Shown piece after piece: positions 41,979 to 51,603 of a DNA stretch of 64,000 bases. The first letter of the stretch is position 1, and each line of letters starts with the position of its first letter. The notes under the pieces were generated by a model. The model was given only the letters and a program-made list of their open reading frames with translations, ran no database searches and was not told where the DNA came from. The translations under genes and the position numbers were made by a program. The stretch comes from a virus, in the IMG/VR virus record IMGVR_UViG_3300035698_006717, positions 32,001 through 96,000 of that record, one strand, 5' to 3'.

Positions 41979-42378
41979 ATTCGCCGCGCAGAACACATCC
42001 CACGGAATGGTTTCTTCTGGCGGGTCTCCAACCAGTATATGTACATTTACTTTCATTCTATTATGAATCCTCTCAGGATTACTCCATTAGTGAATTTAAC
42101 ATATGACTCTTCTCTATTGCCATGCCCACAACATGCAAAATCAACTCCAGGGAGTGTACCCAGACAAGCATCAGGGTCTCCTATCTTTCCACATTTCTTA
42201 CATGGCACATCAGTAACAGGATTCTTACTATCAGAGAATACCCAACCACCTAACGGAGAGATCTCAATCTCATGACCATGAAAATACCCTTTAGTCATAC
42301 CGCTTCCTTATTTAATTATGATTCGCCGCGCAGAACACATCCCACGGAATGGTTTCTTCTGGCGGGTCTCCAACCAGT
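41979..42378. repeat. exact 58-bp direct repeat (41979-42036 and 42321-42378) flanking ORF 42053-42298
   Basis: ATTCGCCGCGCAGAACACATCCCACGGAATGGTTTCTTCTGGCGGGTCTCCAACCAGT x2. Confidence 0.95.
42053..42298 (-). CDS. Cys-rich hypothetical protein
   Basis: PCKKCG...DACLGTLPGV..ACCGHG; AAGGA RBS. Confidence 0.7.
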   Translation of the reverse strand: MTKGYFHGHEIEISPLGGWVFSDSKNPVTDVPCKKCGKIGDPDACLGTLPGVDFACCGHGNREESYVKFTNGVILRGFIIE

Positions 42379-42440
42379 TTTCGATACTCGTTCCTCGCCC
42401 ACGAGTATGCCGTCAACACGCTTTCGTCCATATCATCCCC

Positions 42441-42515
42441 CTACTGTGTTAAAACAATCCATGTCAGAAGCGCACTGAACCACCCAGCAACAAAACCTAC
42501 AAGCCAACTCTTCAT
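42441..42515 (-). CDS. 24-aa membrane micropeptide, paralog 3
   Basis: MKSWLVGFVAGWFSALLTWIVLTQ, behind a GAGGAG RBS. Confidence 0.65.
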   Translation of the reverse strand: MKSWLVGFVAGWFSALLTWIVLTQ

Positions 42516-43347
42516 TCCCTCTCCTCCTCTGTCTGAGTGGTGGCATAGCGTTCTCCCAATAGTGCGGGTTTTCCTCTTGCCACGGATCGTTTGTCATAAG
42601 GTCTGCAATGGCGAAAATGTTATCAGAGGTGTCCACAACTTTTACATCAAGAATGTCTTGAACTCTGTGCCATCGCTTCATCTCTCACCCTCCCTTGTTT
42701 TTCTGGTAAGCCACCCAACGGAAGAAGTCGTATTACAAGATGTTCTTCATCCGTCTATCGTTGCATTTCTTACACAAATATCTCTTGCGGTCGGCAAGCT
42801 GGCAGTCACACTTGGAAGAGTCAACCCACTTACCACACGAGTTTAGACGCTCTGTCTTTGAGCATAGAACGTTCTTGCATTTTCGTTCGTATACACGAAT
42901 AACTGAGTAATCCCAATCGTGTATCCCAATCATGCATCCTAGTGGCATCTCTCGCTCTCCTGTTATATGGCAATGGGCTATTGACAAAATAGCCCCCAAC
43001 ATACTTTTGGGTTAAATTGTTACTTCGTTGCCGTCAACTTCTTCACCATCTACCCTATCAACAGCTTCACATATTTCTTCAGTTTTAGCGTAATGGAAGC
43101 TGTCCAAAGGCTTAGATCCTTCACATGCTCTATTTGATTCATCACAGCCATCTTTGAAACCATCTACATATCTGTTCTTCTCTGCCTTTGAAAGATTGTG
43201 ATCCCAGATGCGATTTGTGATAGCAATTACTTCTTTGAAATTCATAGTAGCTCCTAATAGATTGTTTCAGTTTAAGTGGGTAGGAGGCCGCCGCCCCCTA
43301 CCCTTCCCCATCATCACACACAAAAGGGCAGTTCATAACGCTGCACT

Positions 43348-43656
43348 TTATTCTTTATGATTCTTGTTAGCATTAGCAAAGGCAAACCCTGCCCCGCTCA
43401 TTAATCCACCGCCAATAAGAATTTGTACCAACAGGCTAATCAGTTGAGATTTCTCAGCAGGAGTAATATCCAATCCTGCTCTATTTAGGAACAGTATCAA
43501 AGCACTCACTACAGAGAAAGATATCACAGAATAGATTGCTCTCCTAATCCCCTTCTTCGCTGATATCTTTTTGTTTGACTTCTTGACTCTGTCCTTTGCT
43601 TCTCTCACCATTTTTCTTGGATTGTAGTCCATCTTTATTCCACAGTCCTTTTGCAA
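43348..43656 (-). CDS. two-TM membrane protein, holin-like
   Basis: Basic N-terminus plus two hydrophobic helices; probable start is MDYNPRK. Confidence 0.5.
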   Translation of the reverse strand: MQKDCGIKMDYNPRKMVREAKDRVKKSNKKISAKKGIRRAIYSVISFSVVSALILFLNRAGLDITPAEKSQLISLLVQILIGGGLMSGAGFAFANANKNHKE

Positions 43657-43924
43657 TAAGATGATTAATCATTATAGCCTTCAACTTCGGCTTTTCTGGT
43701 GCTGGAGTATTATTCCAGATTTTCTTTAAGTTGCCTTCCATCAAGTTACCTTTGGTTACCTTTTGGTAGGAAGTTACTTCTGTTTTTTTCTTTTTTGGAT
43801 CTTTCAGTCTGGTAAGCTCTTCAGCACTAAGTCCACGAGTATGCTTTATGGCTTGCTCTGCATTACTATAATCCTTTTGAGTAGTTGCATATAGATGGAT
43901 TATCTTCACCATTTCCTTTTTCAT
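43544..43924 (-). CDS. basic hypothetical protein
   Basis: ORF track. Confidence 0.5.
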   Translation of the reverse strand: MKKEMVKIIHLYATTQKDYSNAEQAIKHTRGLSAEELTRLKDPKKKKTEVTSYQKVTKGNLMEGNLKKIWNNTPAPEKPKLKAIMINHLIAKGLWNKDGLQSKKNGERSKGQSQEVKQKDISEEGD

Positions 43925-44162
43925 TTATCTGCTCCGTGATGTAATCGTGTATATCGGTTAATGTTTCAAAGTCGCAGAACTTACTTTGCGATATTTTAAT
44001 TTTGTATTTATCTTCAATATACTCAAGGAAGTCATCAGCATCACATCCGTCTATACCAGTTTCCTCAAGAGTACTATCTAGAGATATTTCTAATGCTGCT
44101 AGATGGCTAGGCATTAGACCTCTAATAGATCTAACAATCCAACTACCTATTTTTTGATCCAT
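43866..44162 (-). CDS. acyl-carrier-protein-like protein lacking the DSL serine
   Basis: LEETGIDGCDADDFLEYIEDKYKIKI...FETLTDIHDYI. Confidence 0.7.
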   Translation of the reverse strand: MDQKIGSWIVRSIRGLMPSHLAALEISLDSTLEETGIDGCDADDFLEYIEDKYKIKISQSKFCDFETLTDIHDYITEQINEKGNGEDNPSICNYSKGL

Positions 44163-44279
44163 GTCATATCCTTTTCCATTAATAGTTACTTCCCGTTTTC
44201 TTTCGTAATAGTAATATACTAAAACTTTACTTTGTAGAAAAGGTTTTTCTTATACCAGATCTACTCTCATATCAGTCAA

Positions 44280-44834
44280 CTATTCGTGCCACATCAGTTC
44301 AGAGTTTTTCTCAAGCTCTATGTGATAAGGGCCAATCTTATCAAAGTCCTTCTGGCACCATTTTATTCCATCAAGTGCGCTCTCATATCGTACAAATTCT
44401 GAGCAATAGTATTTATGAGGCTTATCCTTACATATATTATAGAACTCTAGTAGTCCTGCAACATCATATTCAAATCCAACGCAGTCAACCTTCACTCTAT
44501 TATTAGACCGTTCTCTTAACTTCTGATGGTCATATTCTGGGAACCTTTTAACAGCAACTATACGTGGCTTGTTCCATTTACGTGTGGTATACTTATCAAA
44601 GAGGACAATCCTTCCAGATGGCCATTTTAGCTCTGCAATCATCCACTTGCCATTCACCTTGACTATGAACCCAGCATGAGTAGATATTGCTCTATTAAAC
44701 ATATTCTTCCAACCAGCAGTTGCGTGACGCTTAAGAGTTTCCCAGCTGATAGGAAATCTACTAGCCGTCAGAACTATATCCATTTCCCTCATATTATATG
44801 CTTCAGGTACAAACGCTCTTTTTTTCTTTCTCAT
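44280..44834 (-). CDS. permuted papain-like amidase (YaeF/YiiX-like)
   Basis: THAG near the N-terminus, YD, and YYCSEFV near the C-terminus. Confidence 0.75.
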   Translation of the reverse strand: MRKKKRAFVPEAYNMREMDIVLTASRFPISWETLKRHATAGWKNMFNRAISTHAGFIVKVNGKWMIAELKWPSGRIVLFDKYTTRKWNKPRIVAVKRFPEYDHQKLRERSNNRVKVDCVGFEYDVAGLLEFYNICKDKPHKYYCSEFVRYESALDGIKWCQKDFDKIGPYHIELEKNSELMWHE

Positions 44835-44835
44835 A

Positions 44836-45513
44836 TCACTCTCCTATGAAGTCTCTAGCATATACAGATTTGTGAGCATGCACACCGTCCTCAGTACCTA
44901 TATGCTGAACATATGAAGGCATAGTACAGTACATACTCCAATTTTGACTCCTAGCTTGCTTGCTCATGGTATACTCCCAACCACTTGGTTCGTGTAAAGT
45001 CTCTATGCAATCTCTACAGAATTCCCTAGTGATTAGACAACCAAATATCCCAATACTTAATTTCTTCAGTACACGGATAGTCCCTTCATTATTAAGATTG
45101 ATAGATTTAGATGCTTTGTGACCTTTATAATTGTATACTGATATTGCTCCAAGAAATTTATCCATAGCCTTAGATCTGTTGTACCTATCAATCAATACAT
45201 TATACCATTCGCTATTAAATATCATATCAGAATTTAGATTGATAACGCCTTCTAAGTTTTTATGGATACTAAACATCTGAGCAAGAGAGTTCCTAGTTCT
45301 GCTTGAGCAGTTAGACCTAACTTGCATATTCATCTCAGCAGGAGGTATCTTCAGCTTAGATAGAATTTCCATTAGCTTAGTCTTATCATCAGATCCGTCA
45401 TCAAATATGTACAAAGGTGGTAAGTTAGTAGATTTGTTTAGAGAGTCTATTGTCCTTTCTAATAGATCAAATCTATTACAAGTTATCAGTATTGCTGCAA
45501 AAGAAGGAGTCAT
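44836..45513 (-). CDS. glycosyltransferase, family 2-like
   Basis: ITCNRFDLL, FDDGS, NSDM, VQHIG. Confidence 0.8.
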   Translation of the reverse strand: MTPSFAAILITCNRFDLLERTIDSLNKSTNLPPLYIFDDGSDDKTKLMEILSKLKIPPAEMNMQVRSNCSSRTRNSLAQMFSIHKNLEGVINLNSDMIFNSEWYNVLIDRYNRSKAMDKFLGAISVYNYKGHKASKSINLNNEGTIRVLKKLSIGIFGCLITREFCRDCIETLHEPSGWEYTMSKQARSQNWSMYCTMPSYVQHIGTEDGVHAHKSVYARDFIGE

Positions 45514-46334
45514 AACATCCCCAACATGTCTTTAATGTTTCTGATTACCACAGATACCTGCGGCTGCCAATTACAATCATCTAATACCCTACACTTAGTC
45601 CCAAATGGATTCCAAGATTTTTCATAGCGGTGTTTGTTGTTTCCTTTTGCTCCACCCCATCTTCTGCTGTCAGTCCATACTAAATGTTTAGTTCCGCATA
45701 AACTGGCAAGATGCATAGGGCCGCTACTTGGGCCTATGACAAGCCTAGAACTAGCCATCATATCTGTTATAGTCTCCAAAGGCTTTCCCAAAAAGTTATC
45801 AGTATGAGGTATCCATACTGCATTCTTCTGAGTACCTATGCAAGCCATCTTTAACTTGCTCTTGAAGTATTCTGTAACTTCGTTCCATTTGGCTATAGGC
45901 CAATCTCTGTTCTGCGTCTTACGCTTATTGCAACTTCTTGCGTGTATTATTAGATCATACTTATCCTTCTTAGATTTGATTCCAAGTTTAAGGAAGTTCT
46001 GATCTTCATGCCTCATAGCAGTAGTCTCTTTAGTAGGTCTGAACCATATTAGCTTACAACCTTTGTATTTATCTTGTATAAGTTTCCATTCTCTTTCTGA
46101 AAATCTTGGATCACCTAATCCTCTAGTCATCCAACATTCGCAATTCTTATCATACTTAGAAGGAATAATCTCATCGGTAAAATCTTTGAATAGTAGTTCA
46201 GTACCAGGCAAAGTGGCAACAACTACTTTGTGATACTTATTGCTAGATGCTTCCATCCTACAACGTGCGTGGTACCTCATTAAGAGCCAACCGAACTCTC
46301 CTACCCAAGGCCCACATAGGAGTACTTTCTTCAT
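45510..46334 (-). CDS. glycosyltransferase, GT9 (heptosyltransferase)-like
   Basis: GEFGW, RDWP, IGPSSGPMHLASLCG. Confidence 0.75.
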   Translation of the reverse strand: MKKVLLCGPWVGEFGWLLMRYHARCRMEASSNKYHKVVVATLPGTELLFKDFTDEIIPSKYDKNCECWMTRGLGDPRFSEREWKLIQDKYKGCKLIWFRPTKETTAMRHEDQNFLKLGIKSKKDKYDLIIHARSCNKRKTQNRDWPIAKWNEVTEYFKSKLKMACIGTQKNAVWIPHTDNFLGKPLETITDMMASSRLVIGPSSGPMHLASLCGTKHLVWTDSRRWGGAKGNNKHRYEKSWNPFGTKCRVLDDCNWQPQVSVVIRNIKDMLGML

Positions 46335-47318
46335 CTAACTGTTTCTCCATTTCTTAACAGTTTCAATAGCATTTACAATACCTTTGGCTGCAACTTCCAA
46401 AGACAAGTTCTCTAGATAGTATTCTCTAGGTGAAAAACTATCTATATTGTTAAGCATATAATCTACTGCATCCCATAAAGTATCCTCAGTTGCTATTATG
46501 CCAGTTTTATCATTAATGTACTTTTCAGTCCAAAATCTTACGCTATCTAAAACAACTATAGGTAGATTACAAGCTAACATTTCAGGTATAACTCTAGGAC
46601 AACTATCTACAGAGGCTCTAGAACACACGATACCACACTTGCATTTAGAGTACTCCTTAGCTATATCTTTCCGTAGAACGCGGTGACATACCACATTTGT
46701 CGGCTTCTTACAGGGTGATACGTTACCTAAGTTAAGTATATTAAGCCTACAACGTGCTGTAGAGTACACAAGCTCGTGTCCTTTTATCTTGTATTGGCTT
46801 CCGTTGGCAGGAAAGCATACGTCATATACCTTCTCGCGCTCATAGGGAACCATAATATTATCAGGAGCTGGCTTTATGAATAAGATTGCAGGAATATCTG
46901 GGAATAACTGTTTGCAATTAGTAACCTGAGAAACAGAATCTTGTAGTATCAAGTCATAATCTGTAAATCCTTTTTGAGGCAGATACCTCTTACCTGCTCC
47001 ATAGTAAACCTTGAAAGCATCTGGGAACCTCTTGAGAATTTTGTGGTATTCTGAGAAGCCGCCTCTACAGAATATAACATCTGGAGTAAAGTTCAAAGAC
47101 CATTGCTTGAAATCTGGTACTCTAATTTCTGCAAAGTTATTTTTAAATTCATGATACCGATCACCTCCCCAATATGCTACAACTCCAGCATCTTTTGGGC
47201 CAACCATAGAATACAGAAGTTGAGTCCAAACATCATCACAATCTTCAACTTGGCTGAATATAGTTTCAGATGGATTCCTATCTGTAGGGTGCTTACCTCT
47301 AAGCATTAAATAAATCAT
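46335..47318 (-). CDS. GT-B (GT4-like) glycosyltransferase
   Basis: KGH, DSCPRVIPEMLACNLPIV. Confidence 0.75.
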   Translation of the reverse strand: MIYLMLRGKHPTDRNPSETIFSQVEDCDDVWTQLLYSMVGPKDAGVVAYWGGDRYHEFKNNFAEIRVPDFKQWSLNFTPDVIFCRGGFSEYHKILKRFPDAFKVYYGAGKRYLPQKGFTDYDLILQDSVSQVTNCKQLFPDIPAILFIKPAPDNIMVPYEREKVYDVCFPANGSQYKIKGHELVYSTARCRLNILNLGNVSPCKKPTNVVCHRVLRKDIAKEYSKCKCGIVCSRASVDSCPRVIPEMLACNLPIVVLDSVRFWTEKYINDKTGIIATEDTLWDAVDYMLNNIDSFSPREYYLENLSLEVAAKGIVNAIETVKKWRNS

Positions 47319-48057
47319 GGTTCCCTCTTATCCTTGACTCAACAAGTGCTATATCTTCAACAACATCTACTGCGTGAGAATTAGTGTGCACTGGTAACAT
47401 GTACACCTTATACCCATTTTCCAAAGGTCTTAACATACAAATATCTTCTGCCTTCTCTATATAGCCTTTTTCACAGTCTCTGAATAGATCAATAATTGCC
47501 GCTCTCTTGAATACATAAACGCACACCTGCTTAAGAGGATTGCTATACACATTATTTCTATTATATGGTAACGGAGTCCTGCTCATATATATGAGTTCAT
47601 TTATATGGTTGACTAATACATGTATGCAATTAGATGTACGGAAATACATATCATCTTTAACTGTAGTGTAACAATTCAGCAAGTGATAACTATTCCTTAT
47701 TTCTTTGAAGGACATAATAGCATACTCTATAAGAGAAGTCTCAAGTATAGGTTCGTCACCTTGAACATTTACAATTATCTCCTCATCTAATTGCAATGCA
47801 GCTTCTGCTACTGCTTCATTACCAGTAGTGTTATTACCAGTAGTCATTCTTGCTTCAACTCCACGCTCTCCCCAAAACCTTTCAACGTGAGATACTATCT
47901 CTGAATTAGGAGTAGCAACATACACATTAGTATCTTTTACTTTCAAGCAGTTCTCTATTACCATATCAATCATCATTTTACCATTTATAGCTGCAAATGG
48001 TTTCCTAGGGAAACGCTTGCTTTCTAACTGAGCTGGAATTACAATTGCAGTATCCAT
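47299..48057 (-). CDS. kdsB: CMP-ulosonate (CMP-Kdo-type) cytidylyltransferase
   Basis: IPAQLESKRFPRKP, IVNVQGDEP, AVDVVEDI. Confidence 0.85.
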   Translation of the reverse strand: MDTAIVIPAQLESKRFPRKPFAAINGKMMIDMVIENCLKVKDTNVYVATPNSEIVSHVERFWGERGVEARMTTGNNTTGNEAVAEAALQLDEEIIVNVQGDEPILETSLIEYAIMSFKEIRNSYHLLNCYTTVKDDMYFRTSNCIHVLVNHINELIYMSRTPLPYNRNNVYSNPLKQVCVYVFKRAAIIDLFRDCEKGYIEKAEDICMLRPLENGYKVYMLPVHTNSHAVDVVEDIALVESRIRGNHDLFNA

Positions 48058-49025
48058 TATACCACTCTATTCTTTAAAGGGTTGTCATTAAAGAAATCTA
48101 TTAATGCTTTGGCAGCACCAGATTCCATATCTAGTCTACTCTGTTCAGTACAAGATCCAAGGTGAGGGGTAAGATAAGCATTCCCCATAGTAGCCAACTT
48201 ATCTCTGTAAGGTTCTTCCATAAATGAATCAATAGCTACTGTGGCTTTAGGGGAATCATTAAGCCACATAAATAGATCCTCTTCATTTATTATACCGCCT
48301 CTTGACATATTGAGTAGCCGTACATTATCCTTCATACTGTACAGTTCTTTTTTGGTCAGGTAATCATAATTGCTTATTATCTGATCCTCAAGAGGAATGT
48401 GAATAGTTATAACATCACATTTTGCCAGTATATCTTGCTTGCTTGCTCTTTTCCATTCTGGCATAGGATTCAGAGTCCCAGTAAATTCTAAGTCGTGAAC
48501 TAGCAAATCGCAGTCCATGCTATTTAGAATTTTGTATACTATTTTGCCAATACGCCCATAACCTATTATCCCAATTGTACAGTTCTTAAGCTCCCGCCCT
48601 ATGTATCGGTTCCACTTGTCATTACTCATATCTTCGCTGACATTCTGTACCTTACGGAGCATATTTAGCATCTGACATATAGTAAGTTCTGCAACTGCGT
48701 TAGATGGAGCCTCTGGAGTATATGCTACCACTATACCGCGCCTCTTGCACTCATCCAAATCTACAGAATCTAATCCAATACCTACTCTTGATATTATCTG
48801 TAGATTCTTACAAATATCTAAAGCCTCTATATCCCAATTTTCAGTACCTGCTATTACAGCAGCAGGGTTAGCTGACCTTAACTCTTGTAAGAATTCTTCC
48901 CTATTGTATTTACGCTTTTGGGAGTTCATCTTGAAACAAGTAATGCCGCCATCCTGCAATATCTTGATAGGCTTTTTATTTGTATGCCCAAATGGGTAGG
49001 TAGTGATAATTGTAGTAGCTATCAT
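48057..49025 (-). CDS. D-2-hydroxyacid / phosphoglycerate dehydrogenase-like
   Basis: RVGIGLDSVD, GYGRIG, NMSRGG, LTPHLGS. Confidence 0.9.
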   Translation of the reverse strand: MIATTIITTYPFGHTNKKPIKILQDGGITCFKMNSQKRKYNREEFLQELRSANPAAVIAGTENWDIEALDICKNLQIISRVGIGLDSVDLDECKRRGIVVAYTPEAPSNAVAELTICQMLNMLRKVQNVSEDMSNDKWNRYIGRELKNCTIGIIGYGRIGKIVYKILNSMDCDLLVHDLEFTGTLNPMPEWKRASKQDILAKCDVITIHIPLEDQIISNYDYLTKKELYSMKDNVRLLNMSRGGIINEEDLFMWLNDSPKATVAIDSFMEEPYRDKLATMGNAYLTPHLGSCTEQSRLDMESGAAKALIDFFNDNPLKNRVV

Positions 49026-49717
49026 GGTAGTAAGTTCTCCAATTCTCCAATTGAGTTTCTTATCATTAGTGCATCAATACTGAATGCAACAAGACCGTAC
49101 CTTCTATACTTAAGATAATACTCGTTAGTGTCTTCAACTAAATGGTATCCTCTTTTTCCTTCTGGTATTATATCAGCAAATGTTCTCATAGCTCTTCTGA
49201 ACCCTTGAGTATCAAAATCTCCTGCTTTGCCATATGATTTAGATAGGTCATATGGCCCAACCATAAAGCAGCTTATATTATCACAATTCTCTAAAGCAAC
49301 TAAGTTGTCTATTGCTATATTGCTTTCTATTTGTATCATTTGCAGAGGTTCTTTATTGCAAAGCTCCATTCTTCCCCATCTATTCTCTCTACAGTACCCA
49401 ACTCCTCTTGAAGGGTATTTACATATTCTGTTAATCTTATGTATCTGAGGCACACTATCAATATTGGCAAAAATTACTCCATCAGCTCCTGCATCTAAAC
49501 ACATCCTTACTAGCCTCTCATCTATTGTAGGAACTCTAATAATAGGAGAGCAGTCGCAACGGCTAATTATTTGTATACAGTTGAATATAGTTTCATCATT
49601 GAAGCATCCGTGTTCAAGATCAAGAACTACTCCATCATATCCAATAGCACTTGCAAGCATTTCAGAGATTAATGGAGAAGGTATTTGTTGCCAAAGAACC
49701 TTCATTTGTTTAGACAT
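49022..49717 (-). CDS. HpcH/HpaI family aldolase
   Basis: LDLEHG, RVP, LDAGADG, QIES, VGPYDLS. Confidence 0.88.
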   Translation of the reverse strand: MSKQMKVLWQQIPSPLISEMLASAIGYDGVVLDLEHGCFNDETIFNCIQIISRCDCSPIIRVPTIDERLVRMCLDAGADGVIFANIDSVPQIHKINRICKYPSRGVGYCRENRWGRMELCNKEPLQMIQIESNIAIDNLVALENCDNISCFMVGPYDLSKSYGKAGDFDTQGFRRAMRTFADIIPEGKRGYHLVEDTNEYYLKYRRYGLVAFSIDALMIRNSIGELENLLP

Positions 49718-50364
49718 AGAACACTCCCATCATAGAATTTTGAATAGATAGTTGGAGTTATAATCTTGAATTTTATTCCTGCTTTATCTATATTCTGTAA
49801 GACTCTGTATATGAAGTGATCTTTCTTCTTTTCCCAATCCATATTATCAGAATCAGTAAATCCTTCTCCATAACAATGCTGAGTACCTTCTTGAGGATTA
49901 GAATAACCATCTGCACCTATAACATATATATTCTTAGCTCCCATAAGATGAGCTATCATTATTGCCAAGTTGCCACCTATTCGGTAGAATCCTTGTATCC
50001 TATTATTCTTGTATTCTATAGGTTCATTCTTATTGTGGAAGTCATCAGTATACGGAATAGTACACTTACTATTTGATTTATCTTCAACACACTTTAGAGT
50101 ATCAGAGAATAGATGGCTTCCTAGTAGTAATGTAGAAGATGGTTGTATGCATTTGTGAAAACGCTTCAGCCTTTTATTGTTTACCCATAAATGATAATGA
50201 GGTTTATAGAAATGAGTCATCTTATTGATGCCAATAACTACTGGATTAACCTTTCTTGACATCCAATCCTTTATCTTATCATCATATAGACGTACTGAAT
50301 TAGCAGAGCCATATATTAGAAAATCTCTGCCCCTATGGTAATTAATTAGTTCTGAGAATTTCAC
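49702..50364 (-). CDS. Maf/DUF115-like putative ulosonate transferase
   Basis: IYGSANS, IGIN, AHLMGAKNIYVIGADG. Confidence 0.6.
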   Translation of the reverse strand: MKFSELINYHRGRDFLIYGSANSVRLYDDKIKDWMSRKVNPVVIGINKMTHFYKPHYHLWVNNKRLKRFHKCIQPSSTLLLGSHLFSDTLKCVEDKSNSKCTIPYTDDFHNKNEPIEYKNNRIQGFYRIGGNLAIMIAHLMGAKNIYVIGADGYSNPQEGTQHCYGEGFTDSDNMDWEKKKDHFIYRVLQNIDKAGIKFKIITPTIYSKFYDGSVLCLNK

Positions 50365-51202
50365 CTTCGCCCCATATCATATCTGTTAATTTTTTCACAT
50401 CTGGATCAAATACTATACTTCTCCAAGTTTCATCATTTTCGTATAATTTCCATCTATTCAGCACATCCATTTCCTGAGCATTACCATCAAATTGTTTACC
50501 ATTAAAGCTACTACCTATTCCATAATTAGGAATTTTATTCAAACCTCTATCAGTATGCTTTAGGCCAAGCATATTGGATATTGCTTTTCTGGATGATTCA
50601 CTACGGAACCAATTATTAAAGTCTATGCAAACAGAATACTCAGGCAAACTATCCTCATAACCTAAATAGCTGTTATAATATTGCTTCAGCAGTCTTTTAT
50701 ATTTACCATTCACAATCTGACTGTGTACATAGTTCAGCCTACTAGCTGTCATATTATATGGATCACGGATAGGAAGAACAAAGCATTTTATCTTACTCTT
50801 ACCATAATTATGGTTTGCTATCCTATCCATATTATCCTTAGTAATTTCCACTTCCTCATATCTAGTTATGAGGCATTTCCTATCAGCATATGGATTAGTA
50901 TCCAAACTAAGCTGAGGCATCTTATAGTTGTATATACTATGCTCTTGTTTCTTCCTGAATATCTCAGGCTTAAGCGCAAATGTCTTAGGATCAGTATTTA
51001 GAAGATGAACCTCTCCATCTCCAAAATGATTGATAACCCAATTCATTATGGCATTACTACCGCTACGCTTCATACATAGGAAAATGAATTCATATTCATT
51101 CTCAATCTGAGATAAACGATCTCTGTTAAATGTCACATGTGACATTATACGCTCCACTTGCATATTTGTACAGGACATTCTATATTGAGAGCTATACAAC
51201 AA
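50342..51202 (-). CDS. sulfotransferase-like protein
   Basis: MKRSGSNAIMNW (5'-PSB-like) and IRDPYN..ASR (3'-PB-like); true start may be downstream. Confidence 0.65.
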   Translation of the reverse strand: MLYSSQYRMSCTNMQVERIMSHVTFNRDRLSQIENEYEFIFLCMKRSGSNAIMNWVINHFGDGEVHLLNTDPKTFALKPEIFRKKQEHSIYNYKMPQLSLDTNPYADRKCLITRYEEVEITKDNMDRIANHNYGKSKIKCFVLPIRDPYNMTASRLNYVHSQIVNGKYKRLLKQYYNSYLGYEDSLPEYSVCIDFNNWFRSESSRKAISNMLGLKHTDRGLNKIPNYGIGSSFNGKQFDGNAQEMDVLNRWKLYENDETWRSIVFDPDVKKLTDMIWGEGEILRTN

Positions 51203-51603
51203 GCTATTCTATGATGTCCTTCCCATATCTCACCACTAGCATATTTGGCAAATGGAACCAAAGGAGCCTCTAAAATAATAACAGGATTAGTAACTCCATT
51301 ATTCAGTATATCTCCATACAAAGCTCTGAATTTGTCAATCTTATCTTCAATCCACTTATGCTTCCTACCATACAGCTTCTGCATCTTATAGTATGGCCCA
51401 CTAAACCTATTCATTAGTAGAGCTACGTGAGGAGAGTATATCATTCTCAAAGGTCTTTTAACATGAGATGTTGTACAAGATAAATATGCTTGATATCTAT
51501 CGGGATTATATTGAGCACAAATATTCCTCAAGTCAGATGATTCTATAGTGCGCTCTGAAATAACTTCCAACTTAACTCTTTTGCAAAATCTATTGAAGTT
51601 CAT
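51145..51603 (-). CDS. ParB/Srx-like domain protein
   Basis: ILNNGV.NPV...EGHHRIA. Confidence 0.6.
   Translation of the reverse strand: MNFNRFCKRVKLEVISERTIESSDLRNICAQYNPDRYQAYLSCTTSHVKRPLRMIYSPHVALLMNRFSGPYYKMQKLYGRKHKWIEDKIDKFRALYGDILNNGVTNPVIILEAPLVPFAKYASGEIWEGHHRIACCIALNIECPVQICKWSV

Noticed and set aside
41979-42378. Diversity-generating retroelement TR/VR pair
   Set aside because: The copies are identical, with no adenine-specific mismatches, and no reverse transcriptase is in the window
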